Source: Octopus bimaculoides
Lineage: Eukaryota
Direction: 5' to 3'
Length of the DNA stretch: 64,000 nucleotides
Assembly: GCF_001194135.2 (NCBI RefSeq)
Contig: NC_068982.1
Span: forward strand, 28,605,466 to 28,669,465
Shown here: one piece after another, positions 1 through 12,996 of the stretch
Layout: the number at the start of each line of letters is the position of its first letter
How positions within the stretch are numbered: the first letter of the stretch is position 1
Program-made: the position numbers and the translations under genes
Notes under the pieces: model-generated
Told to the model about the DNA's origin: nothing
What the model saw: the letters and a program-made list of their open reading frames with translations, nothing else
Database searches by the model: none

Positions 1-1073
1 ATGTGCGTTACTAAATTGTGCTTTTCTTATATTTTTGCGTTAAACGGAATGAAAGAATGGTGTTTTAATTTCATATTCATGACTTACGCATGAAAGGTGG
101 TTAATGAGCAGAAAGAATTTTGTCTAATGAATTTATTATTTTTAACCAACAAGTGAAATTTTATTCCATCCATCGACTATAAAAGGATATTTTACTTTTC
201 GTACGTAGGCGAGACAAAAACTACATCCTGATCTTGAAACATTTCTCAGAATTATATTGAGCTGCAATAATATATTCGTCATCGTATACAATTATACTGT
301 ATTAGCACACACTAAATTGATGTCATCTATTTGACCAATTTTTATAATTAACAACTATCTTCGCAGTTTTTACTCAGTAACATCAACGATAAGCATTTCT
401 CCTACATAATCGTTTTAAGTTACAAAACAAAAACAAGCACACAGCCATCTTTTTCTTAAGAGCAATATATTTTGATGATCATAAAAAGGTTTCGTTACAC
501 AGCTAAGCTATTGTAAATAATATATGAAGCATTTTACTGATTGGCATGCCATTCATTTTCAATCTCTGACGCGTCACCCCTCAGAGAACAGTGTATACAA
601 TGTTTCTGGAAGTAAATGTTCCAAAAATTATCTGTCTACCCACACGAATACCTACGCAAATGAATGCGTGATTATACAATCAACAACAGAGACGAATTTG
701 TATATCTTAATACCAGCTAAACAAAAGTCACATAAATAAAATAAAATAGTAGTAAGTGCAATAAAACACTATCACTCAATAAAGTCTGAAAATCTATAAA
801 ATAGCATTATGGTGAAATGTTATAGATTTCATTTTATTAAGTATGTATCAACGATTTGTTATTCGAACAGTTCACAGCGAAGGAATAAACAGCAAAAATA
901 AAAAGTACTTGGTATGTTTAAATATAATAGTTCCTCGTAAAGAAGACACTTCAAAAATTCTTTTATATCGAAGATTGTAAAGGTTTCCGTTTAAAATCAA
1001 GGATGTTAGAAATGGCCGTAGGTATCTACATATCGATAAAATTTGTACAGGACACACATATAAACGCACGGGT

Positions 1074-1176
<103 letters not shown>

Positions 1177-2344
1177 AATATATATATGGTTCATCTCACG
1201 CGTAATACGCTTTTGGGTTAATATTTAGATTATTAGGTAATCATATTTCTTCTTATTACTTAACAAATTTATAATTAGTTATTTTTCTTCGCGGGTTATG
1301 TACTGACCAAAACTTGCTGCCATGAGTATCCATGTGGACATTTTTCTCGATTGTCTAAAAGTATTTTTCTCTGCAACTTAACGTGCAGATATAAGCCATT
1401 ACTACTAATTTTTAACGTAAGATATTTTATTTCGATTTAATTGAAGATACTATAATTAGCTCAAGTATATGAATATTTACAGACTATGAAACTTTAGCTA
1501 GATAGAAATTTGTAAATCCATTATGGAATTAAATAGTTATATATTCCCGCAAATAGTAAACAATAAGACGTTTGAATTACCCCTTATTTAAACGGGTATG
1601 AGCACTTAAAATTTTGGCATAGGACTGACCTCAAATTTATTTGTTGGGTTAAATGGTTTCTTTCCACCGTTTTTGCGGAAACAATATCATGTAATCTGAC
1701 AAATCTGAACTCCCCAATATACAAATTTCACAAGCTTCATTGGTACTTTGAATCTGCCTTTCTACCTTTGCTTTCGCTAAAATTTATTTTAGGAAGATCG
1801 TTTTCAAAAACTTTAAAAGCGAACTATAAGGATTATTCTGAAATATCGTCTGCTTCGGTGAACCTCTTTCTTGTACCGGTTGATTACACTAAACTATGTT
1901 TAGTGACTTTTAATGTTCGAAGGAAATGTTTTAACTTTCCTGCACTCATTTTTCAGAGACGTTTGACTAAGATGTGGCATTAATTTTGATATATCTAGAT
2001 ATAGTGTAAAACTTTTATCAAATATTCTCAAAGCAACTCAAAGAAAATCTTTATAATATCTTACATTTTATGAAAACGATTGGATAGATCGGTAGAACGC
2101 TTGTGAGAAAGTAATACATAGACGGATTGTTAGACTGATAGAGATAGGTAGATAGAGAGCCGTATGTCGGAGTAAATAAAAATGAGTTTTGTGATTGAAG
2201 ATCGTACTTGAATTTTCAATAATAAAAGAAACTTGTAAACGTCATTTTAATGAAAATGTAGTAAGATAAGAATTTATAAGAATTTTCTAGACATTATAGA
2301 TTTTAATAATCGCTTTCTTTTAGAGGAATTTACAGCTGTGTGTT

Positions 2345-2419
2345 TTACACACACACGCACACACACACACACACACATACACACACACATACATGTATAT
2401 AGCATAAATAAGGAAACTG

Positions 2420-2460
<41 letters not shown>

Positions 2461-2539
2461 GCATAAGATATATATACACGTATATTTTTACACATATGTG
2501 TGTGTAAATGTGCATATGTGTATATATAAATATATTATG

Positions 2540-2589
<50 letters not shown>

Positions 2590-2700
2590 CAGAAAGAGAA
2601 AGAGAGAGAAGGAGGGAGAGAGAGAAAGAGATCGGGGAGGGAGACAGCGAAATAGATAGTCAGACAGACAGAGCCATAGACAAATTGATAATTAGATAGT
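2345..2700. repeat. Compound (CA)n/(TA)n/(GA)n microsatellite cluster
   Basis: Successive dinucleotide arrays; source of the CV/HT/YI/RE ORFs. Confidence 0.9.
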
Positions 2701-3194
2701 GGTGTAACAACATGGCTCTTTTTAAACAGCACAAATATAGTGTGCATGGTATTGTCACACTTAAATTTTCTGCGATTGTATCTCCATCATATTTTAAAGT
2801 TGTGTAACACTGGCTGCAAAGATGCACAAAACTCTTTAGAGAGGTCAAAAGTATGTTTTGAAAAGTAATGGAATGTTATCTTTTAGTTTAGTAACTTATA
2901 AACGCTCTTAGAAAATGCACTATTTTTAGCGAAGGATTGCGAATCTATGAATAGTCTAGGCATTTAATGTTGAAATTATATTTTCATTTACCATGAAACA
3001 AGCAAGAACAAAGAACTGAAGTGTAAAGATAACAAGTGTTAAGAAATTTTGTTAATAAACAGTGTGAGTTTTTTAAAAAATGGTGGACCTATTGTGGTCT
3101 TTAGTTTTCATTGTTTGAAAATCTCATTGCTATGCAAAATAGCTATGTTTCCAAAGCGTCTACAAATCCTGAAATTTAGAAGATTGTAAATATT

Positions 3195-3410
3195 CTTTTT
3201 CACTTTAGACACAACGGGCGAAATTTTTGAGGAGGGGACCAGTCGATTAGATCGCCCCCAGTACGCGACTGGTACTTAATTTATTGACTCCGAAAAGATG
3301 AAAGGCAAAATCGACCTCGGTGGAATTTCAACTCGGAATGTAAATACAGGCGAAATATCGCTATGCATTTCGCCCAGCGTGCTAACGATTTTGCCAGCTC
3401 GCCGCTTTAA
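3195..3410 (-). mobile_element. SINE family A (tRNA-derived, ~210 bp) with 15-bp TSD
   Basis: Matches the other copies (reverse complement of ggcgagctggc...gagttcaaattccgccgaggtcgac...); aagattgtaaatatt at 3180-3194 and 3411-3425. Confidence 0.9.
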
Positions 3411-3477
3411 AAGATTGTAAATATTGTGACAACTGGTGTCCTTTAGGTTTCTAAAATTTATAGCTTTATGTATATCA

Positions 3478-3608
3478 GGCGGTGAATTATAGTCGTTGCG
3501 TCGTTGGTAGAATATCTTGAATTATTTGCTACGACGCTTTAACATCTGAGATCAAATGCCGCCAAGGTTAGGTTTGCCTTTTATTCTTTCTGGGTCGATA
3601 AAATCGTT
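3478..3608 (+). mobile_element. SINE family A, degenerate partial copy
   Basis: tctgagatcaaatgccgccaagg...gggtcgataaaa matches the family core. Confidence 0.6.
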
Positions 3609-3949
3609 CCGAACAACGGCGGTGGGTTGGTATAACTTTTAGAACGTTGCATAAGATGTCTTGTGATACTGGTTTCGGCACTTTCAGTTATGTCAGCAAC
3701 GATCGCGATGACACTGCTCCCAGTCTGCATCGGCCCTCAGGCAGTATCTCTTTCTCTTCAATAACATAAATGCTGTGGAGAGGAAAGAGCTTCTATGCAT
3801 GGGTAACTGACAGTCTTCATAAAAAACCCGCCCTCATATCGAAGACTTTCTAGTTTAATTGTAAACCTATAGCCAAACTTGGCCAAAATTGGTCACAGTA
3901 GTTAGTACATAGACGATTTTATATTCGAATTGTCTCAATGTCGGTATAC

Positions 3950-4310
3950 TCTTTTCTACTTTAGACACGAGGCCCGAAATTTTGTGGTAGAGGACCAATC
4001 GATTAGATCGACCCCCGTGCGCAACTGGTATTTAATTTATCGACCCCTAAAGGATGAAAGGCAAAATCGACCTTGGCGCAGTTGGAACTCAGAACGTAAA
4101 GACAGACGAAATACCGCTAAGCATTTCACCCGACATGCTAACGTTTCTTTTCTACTCTAGGCACAAGGCACAAAATTTTGAGGGAGGGGGGGGCACTCGA
4201 TTAGATCGACCCAGTACGCAACTGGTACTTAATTTATCGACCCCGAAAGGATGAAAGGCAAAGTCGACCTCGGCGGAATTTGAATTCAGAACTTAAAGAC
4301 AGACGTCTTT
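3950..4310 (-). mobile_element. Two adjacent SINE family A copies (second one 5'-truncated)
   Basis: Two repeats of ...cgcaactggta(t/c)ttaatttatcgaccc...ggatgaaaggcaaa... Confidence 0.85.
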
Positions 4311-5699
4311 AAATGTAGATATACTGCGCTCACTATATCAGAAATAGCACTATATTATCTAAGACAATGTAATTTTTGACACGGCTTGTATAAGTTATAC
4401 AGATAATGCATTTAAATATAACCTACAGAAACTAGTGAAGGTCAGATTAAATGATGAATCAATGTATGAAGAGCAACCATTTTTCTATTGCGAGAATCTA
4501 AAATATGTAAGAGTTAAATAAATATAATTTATCTCACAGGAAAATATTTTGTCAACTATCATATTTGTGTCTGCAATACATAGTTTGTCATGCATATTGG
4601 GTTTAATTAACTTTCATCCATTTTCAAAGAGCTTTTACAATTTGCATTACTTAAAGATAGCATTCGAAATTATGAAAAAATGTTTTAATGTCTTGAAAGA
4701 GTTTAGATGTGTCTAATTAAATGCCAAACAGATATACGAAGAGAGGTTTCCATTATCTTGTTTACTGTTCTAGCTAATCATCAATCTGGTGTTATCAAGG
4801 CAAAGGCTTAAAAACTGTAATTTCATTCTTCTCTGTTTCAGCAAGGTTATTTTCTTACAGCGATGCTTTCTCAAGGAAGACAAAATTGTTTTTTCAGAAT
4901 CTGTTTTTTTTTAAAAAAAAGGTCAGAATTTCAAAGATTATTTATTACATATTTATTCTTCTATACACCCGGCATTCCAAAGGCTACCGCCTTTTTTGCA
5001 CTGGAGCTTGAAATTAAGATAGATTGTGAGTAAATTAACCTTGTTCGAAATTCTTAGCTAAAATTTAAAACAGCAATCATATGGCAAATACAGTTGTATT
5101 TTGATTTACACTACGTTTAAGAAGTGCTCCAGAATATTCGGTATTTAATTATCCTTGAAAAGTGTTTTCAGAAATGATTTACATCATCTACCTATTCTAC
5201 TTAGTTCCCACCCACATTTACTCCAGACCAATATTTAATTAGAGTGTTTTTCCGATTATTAACAACGAAATCCTTAGGTCATATGTTTAATAGGTTTCAT
5301 AATAAGAAATAATTATTTGTCAAATGTTTGCGGACCTGTGTAAAGTTTGAAAATATTTGAACTATGTGAATAGCTTTTTACTTGACACAAATTTCAACAA
5401 TGTTGCTGACATGATTAAACAGATACGTCGTTAGAGTAATGCTGTGTTTTTCTCACAGTATAATAATTTCAGATTAGATTTTTTAATGCTCTCTTCATTA
5501 AATGTGCTAACACTAACCTAACTACGTATCGTTAATGTCGCAATGTTTTATTTCTATTGAAGGATTGTAACGCAAACTATGGAATAATCTCTCATCCTTT
5601 AATCAAACGTTTACATAGACTTTGTATGTCCTACCCAATTGAACATTTTAAGGTGGCTATAGATAAAGTCCTCTTGTTATGTAGGCCATATTTATATAT

Positions 5700-5830
5700 C
5701 CATGTATGTATGTATGTATGTATGTATGTATGTATGTATGTATGTATGTATGTATGCACGTATGTACACATGCATGCCTGTATGTATGTATGTATGTATG
5801 TATGTATGTATGTATGTATGTATGTATGTA
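5700..5830. repeat. (TATG)n microsatellite
   Basis: Tetranucleotide array. Confidence 0.95.
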
Positions 5831-6879
5831 TTTGCTTGACCGCTAAATCTGCAAGTTTTTTTTTCATTCTCTCTCTGTTTATTTTCTCTTATTCCATTCT
5901 GNNNNNNNNNNATATATATATATATATATAATAGTTGAATTACTCGGTAATACCCGGAAAAGCGGGGATTATTTCCAGTTCCTGTTCCCATTACACTGTT
6001 TCATGTCCTATCTCTTCCCCTGTTTAGTTCCCGTTTAAATTACAAATTGATTTACAAGTACACGGTCACGTGTGATAAATTTACAAATACTGGCAAGTAA
6101 TACAGTTGAATCATAAAATGGATTGATTGTAATGGTATGGTGATATCAAAGTTGAATTGGTGGATGGTTGGAAGGATGAGAGGATTGACAATGTGCGACT
6201 ATGAAACAATTGATTGATAGTTGATTATTATCATAGCGAAAAATTGCACAAACCTGTCCTGAGCAGGAGGCTGATCTGTCGGGGAAGGCCTAATCTGACA
6301 TGGAATAAACAAAAAAAAAATATATATGACATTCTATTGTAAAAATTGCCCGACATCGACGGGATATTCATCTATGGAAGAAAATGAAATGTAATTGCTG
6401 CAGTACGCCGATAAAGTTTCATAAATCTTAATACGATGATTTGAAAACAAATGCAAAATCACTTTACCTTTCACTTGTTAGTTTAACATCTTTTGTTAGA
6501 CTAAAAGTTTTGACTGAGCATACGATAGTTAATTCACTAAGGTGTTAGGTAAAAATTAAGGAAGAAACTATTAAAATTCGCTGTTCCCTTCAGTAAACAC
6601 ATTCTCTCTCTCCCGCTCTGTCCCTGTCTCTCGTTCTGTAGCTCTGTCTCTCACATTCTATCTCTCTGTCTCTCACCGATATCAACCGCTGTCATTATGC
6701 CAATAAGATTCCGATAAACTAATATTAATATGAAACTAATACAATGGACAGATAAAAAAATGGAATTAAATTATTATATATATAAACAAAATATAATAAA
6801 TTAATTTAAATTAAATTAATACAAAAAAGAAAGAAATGAAAAAGTAGATAAAAACAAATGAATAAAATAAATAAAAGTA

Positions 6880-7278
6880 ACTTAAACGAATGTGAATAAA
6901 CAGGGGATACTGATAATGCAGGTACCATACACATTCTCACACTTACTAAACATAGACACACACAAGGATATACGCATGTGCAAATAAAGCCACACAGGGA
7001 TATACGCAAGCACAAATAAAGACATATAACGGGAATACAAAATGATAGATCGTTAGGAAGGAGAGATACAAAAACGAAAGAAGAAAGCAAAGGACCACTG
7101 ATGACGTCACAGATGTGTGACTAAAGGACTCTGGCCGAAGTACAATTAAAATAAAACTGAAGCAAGTGAACACCAAATATATAGTGCGTGTGTTTTCATT
7201 GGCTAAACTTGCAGCATGACCATCCCCAAATACAACAATATCTCTTTCAACACACGAATTCACATCAAGAATCTTGCA

Positions 7279-7290
<12 letters not shown>
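6880..7290 (+). mobile_element. Penelope-like terminal repeat fragment, copy 1, ending in (TA)n
   Basis: Homologous to 16170-16539; contains a hammerhead-like motif. PLE assignment inferred from the HHR and the microsatellite junction. Confidence 0.55.
7095..7134 (+). ncRNA. Minimal type I hammerhead ribozyme motif, core-mutated (G12>U)
   Basis: CCA-CTGATGA-C-GTCACA gatg TGTGAC-TAAA-G ga C-TC-TGG; GAAA box reads TAAA. Confidence 0.5.
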
Positions 7291-7318
<28 letters not shown>

Positions 7319-8759
7319 ATACACACACATGGTAATGATTGTTTTTATGTCAGATTATTCATAAAACCTATTTATTATGAAATTGAAAGGTTTATCAACA
7401 CATTTTAGTGGGCTAAATATTTATTAATTTTAATAAGGCGAAGGTTGACAGTGACATGGCAGTTTCTGCTTGCCCCCAGCTACAAGTCTGTCAAGACACA
7501 CACACACACACACACACGTAGATAGACAGATAGACGGACAGAAAAACACCTTAATAGTAAATCAACTTGTAACTTGAAATATGACTCATATTATTTCCTT
7601 TAAATTTTCTTTATATCATTTCCTGAATGATATTTTAAGCAGGATGATATAGTGGTTTACGATTAGGACGACGTAGAAGTTTGAAAATAACAAGCTACCA
7701 AAGCTTTATGTAATGCTATCAAATAGATATACAATAAGCATAATTGTACACGCGTAAAAATAATGACTGTATACAAATCTGTCTCGACTGTTATTTTCAT
7801 CTTTATATGAGTCCTTCACGCGTGTAACTTTCTAATTCATTGCAACTTTGAACGTCAGGCCAGAATCAGACCGTGACCATATTTTATTAAGGAACAGAAT
7901 GTATGAAATATTTTTTGCGTGGATTTGTATACAAATATTTTGTCAATAAATTTGAGGTTAAAATATTCACAAACTTCAATCAACATTTTGACTGAGTGCT
8001 TGTCTAATATGATAAAGTATAAATACACTACTGTAACAAACATTTTTAGTTCATTGTGTTGTAGTTAAATTTTATTTATTGCAATGGAATTAAAAACAAA
8101 TATGTCTTGTCGCTATTCTCATAGCCCATAGTATCAGCCTCTCTCAATTCTGTGAAAAGACTATATAGATATGGATGGTTGACGTATTATGTATTATGTG
8201 GGACTGGAACTTGACACTTTGATGCTTATAAATAAGTAATAATGTGCATAAAGCAAAAAGCAATATTTATTCAACTCAGTTCAGCAATATTAACGTTATA
8301 CAAGCACTAATAGTGTTTGTATTTATAGCGGAATAGAAAAAAAGGTATTGTAATGTTATCCGGTAACAAATAGAGAAAAAATATATAGTGTGTATTTATC
8401 ATTTTACATACAAAATACATCTGGTAGTTGTTAAATATACGCTATGCTGCTCACATTGTGTCCGGGTGGGTTTTATACGCTAACAATTTTATATTCGGCG
8501 CTTCAAAGTAATTTCTTTTATTTGCAGCAAATAGCTTGAAACTATGATTAATTGCAAATAAAATCTTCGGACCACCTTATATTGCTACGTCTACAATTTT
8601 TACAAACAATTTAGTGTATAACTAATCTTTGTAGCTGTCAGAACCTTTTGTACATCTCTTCAACAGAAGACTAAGTACATGTAAGGATATTATATATGTT
8701 GCTTTCTAAACGGTACCATAACTACGCTAATCATAGATGTAATATTGCAGCAGATGATG

Positions 8760-8975
8760 GCTAACGACTGGCAGAACTGTTAGCACGACTGGCAGAACTG
8801 TTAGCACGCCTAGCAAATGTTTAGCGATATTTCATCCGTCTTCACGTTCTGAGTTCAAATTCGGCCAAGATCGACTTTGCATTTAATCCTTTTGAGGTCG
8901 ATAAAATAGGTCAATGTAATTAGCTTACCCACCACCTCCGAAATTGCTGAGCTTGTGCCATAGTTTGAAAGCAGT
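8760..8975 (+). mobile_element. SINE family A with a 21-bp tandem duplication in the head
   Basis: acgactggcagaactgttagc x2 (8764-8805) followed by the family core. Confidence 0.8.
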
Positions 8976-9809
8976 ATTGCAGTAATTAAAGTAACGTTTT
9001 TGTTCTATCTCGGTTGACAAACTATATCGCAGTGAGATAGAAATATTTCTAAATACCTTTATACGTATAAATCAAAATGTATGATTTATTTCCAAAACTT
9101 CTAAGTATTATTACTGACATCCGCCGTTTCGTGATGCTTGAATAATTCTGGGAAAATTGCTGAAGGAAAGACAGTTGTTCCAAATTATTATAACACGTGT
9201 TGTATGATCCTTAGTCTTTTTCTACATCACTCATACATGCATTAATATAGCCATACGGTGTTTCAGTTGAGCACTCAAAGAAATAAGCACACAAGTGTAA
9301 ATAAAAGTAAATCTTGAAACAAACACATAATTACACACACATGTATTTAAGAAACATTTCATAAATATACAGTTGCAGAATTTTGTTTGTAAAACATCAC
9401 ATGAAAAGGAATATGCTATGTCAATGGGCGGTATGTTGTAATCTTTTTTAGTCAAGAGGAATGTAGGACTTATGACTCGTTACATGGCCTTAACGACTAA
9501 AGAGAGGGATAAAAATATCCAAAGACCGGAGATCTGGCTCAAATGTTTGCAACAGAGAGGAGTCCGCTTAAGGCACCCAAGATGACAGGCGGTGGTATTA
9601 AACGGGACATGGTGGCCACAACGGTACTTGAGCTCAGTTCGGAAGCAGAAACGAATACTGCAAGGCATCTATAGATACCGCCTGGGATTGTTACTTTTTT
9701 TATCGACCTCAAAAAAGATGAAAATATCCGGCACAGCGGAAAGTGAACTCGGAAGCATTCTTCCGGTGATCTAAGAGTCTGCCAATTTGCCGTATGATAT
9801 AATCTTTTC

Positions 9810-10010
9810 TGGTATTAGCGTAAAGCCTGAAATTTTTTTGGGGTGGGCGGGGGAGATAAGTTAATTATATCGACCCCATAGCACAGCTGGTTATTATTTT
9901 ATCATCCTCGAAAGGATGAAAGGAAAAGTCGACCACAGTGGAATTTGAACACAGAATGTAAAGACGAAAAAAAAAAAAAAGCTGCTAAGCATTTTATCCG
10001 TATGATAATG
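9810..10010 (-). mobile_element. SINE family A
   Basis: gaaaggatgaaaggaaaagtcgacc...ggaatttgaacacagaatgtaaagacg. Confidence 0.8.
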
Positions 10011-10299
10011 CAAAATTTACAATGACGTATGTTTCCTTGCGTTTTCTAAATATAGAAGATATTCAAAAAATTTGAAAGGAATTATTTGTCAAAAAAAAAA
10101 CCATCGCATGAATAATCATTTTAAGTAGGTTGTCTGTAAATATTTGCGTGTGCGCGCGTGTATTATCATTCCATTGTGTATGTCTATTTACATGTGTGTC
10201 TGTATATATGCATGTATGTATGTGTATAAGTCTCTGTGGATGTTTGTATGTGTGCTTATGTTTTTCTAGCCCTATTTGAGAATGGATTTGCTTCCTCGT

Positions 10300-10435
10300 A
10301 GCATTAGTGGTTCAACAAAAAGGGGCCGATAGAATAAGCTCTAGACTCAAACAATGGGATCAATTAAATCGACTGAACCCATCAGAACATTGCGACAGTA
10401 TGGCCGCTGTCCAATGACTAAAACCAGCAAACGAA
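10300..10435 (+). mobile_element. SINE family B 3' tail, degenerate
   Basis: Similar to the tail at 61500-61640 (ccgatagaataag...tatggccgctgtccaatgact). Confidence 0.5.
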
Positions 10436-10509
10436 TAATAGAATTACTGTTACAATTGGTTTCTTTTTACTAACATTTGTGTATAAATACTGATACAATA
10501 GATAGTCTT

Positions 10510-10695
10510 TTCAATTAAAGGTACAATATTTTTTTCGCGGGGTGGGGTAGGGAATAAATCGGTTATATCGACCCCAGTGTTCAACGGTTACTTAGTTTAT
10601 TGATCTCAGCGGAATTTGAACTCAGACAAAATACAAAATGCCACGAAGCATTTTGCCCGGCGTGCTAAAAAATTTGCTGCCAGCTCGCTGCCTCA
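10510..10695 (-). mobile_element. SINE family A (internally deleted)
   Basis: atcgaccccagtgttcaa...ggaatttgaactcaga...gcccggcgtgctaa...ccagctcgctgcc. Confidence 0.8.
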
Positions 10696-11004
10696 CCGAT
10701 AGAATAGATGATATTTCTAATGTACTCAGATATTTACTGGAAATACTTTCGTTGCTATTATGCATAGTTTGATCGAAAGGACCGGCTATTGGAAGCAAAA
10801 CTAAATATTGAATGGAAAAAAAAACCGCATTTGGCGAATTTGGACATACGACAGTTTAAGATAATAGCAACGTTTTGATGTTGAAAACAACCGACATGAA
10901 AAGCACTGAAATAGCATAGATTGTAACAAATGAAATAAAATAGGTGTGTGAAGAAACAATACTTCGGCTGTATCGTAGGCGATACTGCACCAAGGAAAAT
11001 GTAC

Positions 11005-11245
11005 GAGTAATATTGGTTTCAAACTGTGGCGCAAGGCTAGCTAGGGTTAAGAGGTTTACTCTATCACATCGATTCGAGTATTGAAATGGTATTTATTTTA
11101 ACGACCTCTAAAGGCTGAAAGGCAAAGTGTACCCCTGATGGCGTTTGAACTAAGAACGTAAAGTCGGAAGAAATACCATGTCAGAAAAATGCGTAGCGGC
11201 ATATCTCCCCGTGCGATAACGATACTGTCAGCGCGTCACCTTAAA
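11005..11245 (-). mobile_element. SINE family A
   Basis: Family match; head-to-head with the next copy. Confidence 0.75.
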
Positions 11246-11269
11246 ATGTATGAGTAACATTATTATTTA

Positions 11270-11490
11270 ATTGAGGTGACGAGATGGCAGAATCGTTATC
11301 CCGCATGAAATATGCTTAGCGACGTTTCTCCCGATTTTATGTTTTGAGTTCAAATGCCATCGGAGTCGATTTTGTCGCTCATACCTTTGCGGTCGATAAG
11401 GTAAGTATTAGTTGGCCACTTAGGGCCATGTAATTGACTTGTTCCATTCCCCGAAGATGTTGTCCTTGTGCCTCAATTTGAAACCAATAT
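11270..11490 (+). mobile_element. SINE family A
   Basis: gtgacgagatggcagaatcgtta...tgagttcaaatgcc...gtcgataag. Confidence 0.75.
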
Positions 11491-11503
11491 TATTGCTTAA
11501 TTA

Positions 11504-11791
11504 TTCTGTTGTGTCTGGGGAGAGTCAATTTCTTTTTGTGCCTTATAATTTAACACTCACCGGTAAAATTTCCATGTCTTGCAACCTTTTCAATAGTCGA
11601 GACTATTCAAAAGGTTGCAAGACGCAACGAAAATTTTAGTAAAATAAAAATAAGGAATAAAGTGGAAATCTTACCGGTGAGTGTTAAATTATAAGGCACA
11701 AAAAGAAAATGACTCTCCCCAGACACAAGAGAATATGCTTCAACACACAAACTCACATAAAGAATCTTGCAAACCAAATCCCAAAACGAAA
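11504..11791. mobile_element. Palindromic insertion (66-bp inverted arms plus inner hairpin) with 13-bp TSD
   Basis: Arms 11509-11574 and 11663-11728 with 2 mismatches; tattgcttaatta at 11491-11503 and 11792-11804. Confidence 0.75.
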
Positions 11792-12996
11792 TATTGCTTA
11801 ATTAGTTCGCTGAATTGGCTAAGCGGCGAACTGGTAGTGTTGTTATAGCATCAGAAAGAATACTTCCGGATTTCCATCCTTACGCTCTACGTTCAAACCC
11901 CAACGAATTCAGCTTTGTCTTTCATCCCCTCGCGGACGATACGAATGTATTAATCGAGAGTCGATTTGACGGAATTGTAAAAGCGATCGGCCGGATGAAT
12001 TGCAGTTTTTGCAAGTCATATATGAGTTCAAATGACGCCATGGCATGGCCTACTTGGGTGGTAAACTTGACCTTTTGCTCGGTTTATCACCATTACCTGG
12101 CTTCTTGACTGCCTCTCGTGGTTTACTCTGTTACAAGAAGTGAAGCCATCCCTCCTTGTAAAAGTCATAGGTTTTGTTTTCCTTCCTGACTAAAAGATAA
12201 AAAGAGAAATATCTTAACTGACGAACTATATTTCAGTGAGGTAAAATATTTCTATGTATGCTTATATTAATATATATGAATTAAAAATACATAAATTATT
12301 TCCAAAACTTTTAAGTACTTTTACTGACTTCCGGTTCGTTGATGTCTGAATATCTCTGGGAAAATATCAGAAGAAAAAATTGTTGTTTAAAATTATTAAA
12401 ACATGTGTTTCATTATCCATAGTTTCCTTGTATATATCATCGTATGATCATGTAATTACACACACACACGTATGCATGGGTGCATACGTACTCTTAACGT
12501 AATTCCCAAGCAAATCCAGCTTGACACGTCTAGCAAGGCTGTATCTTAGCGCCAAAGGCATATAGAAGCTGACAGGTTTTTATACAATTTCCATCTAGTT
12601 ATTTTTGTCACATAGAACGGATGGGCTGAGGTTATAGGCAATGGTATTTGCCCGAAATACTCGAAGATTTTCGATTCAGAGACCACGTGGCTGGACGCGA
12701 AATTCTTAATCAAACGGCCTGTCTGCATACATGCATACATACACACACACACATACATACATACATGCATATGTGCGTATGTGTATATATGTGTGTATGT
12801 ATACATACACATATATGTATATTTATACGAACATATATATATGTGAGATATAAATATATATGTATGTATATATGATATATATNNNNNNNNNNNNNNNNNN
12901 NNNNNNNNNNNNNNNNNNNNNNNNNNNNNNNNNNNNNNNNNNNNNNNNNNNNNNNNNNNNNNNNNNNNNNNNNNNNNNNNNNNNNNNNNNNNNNNN

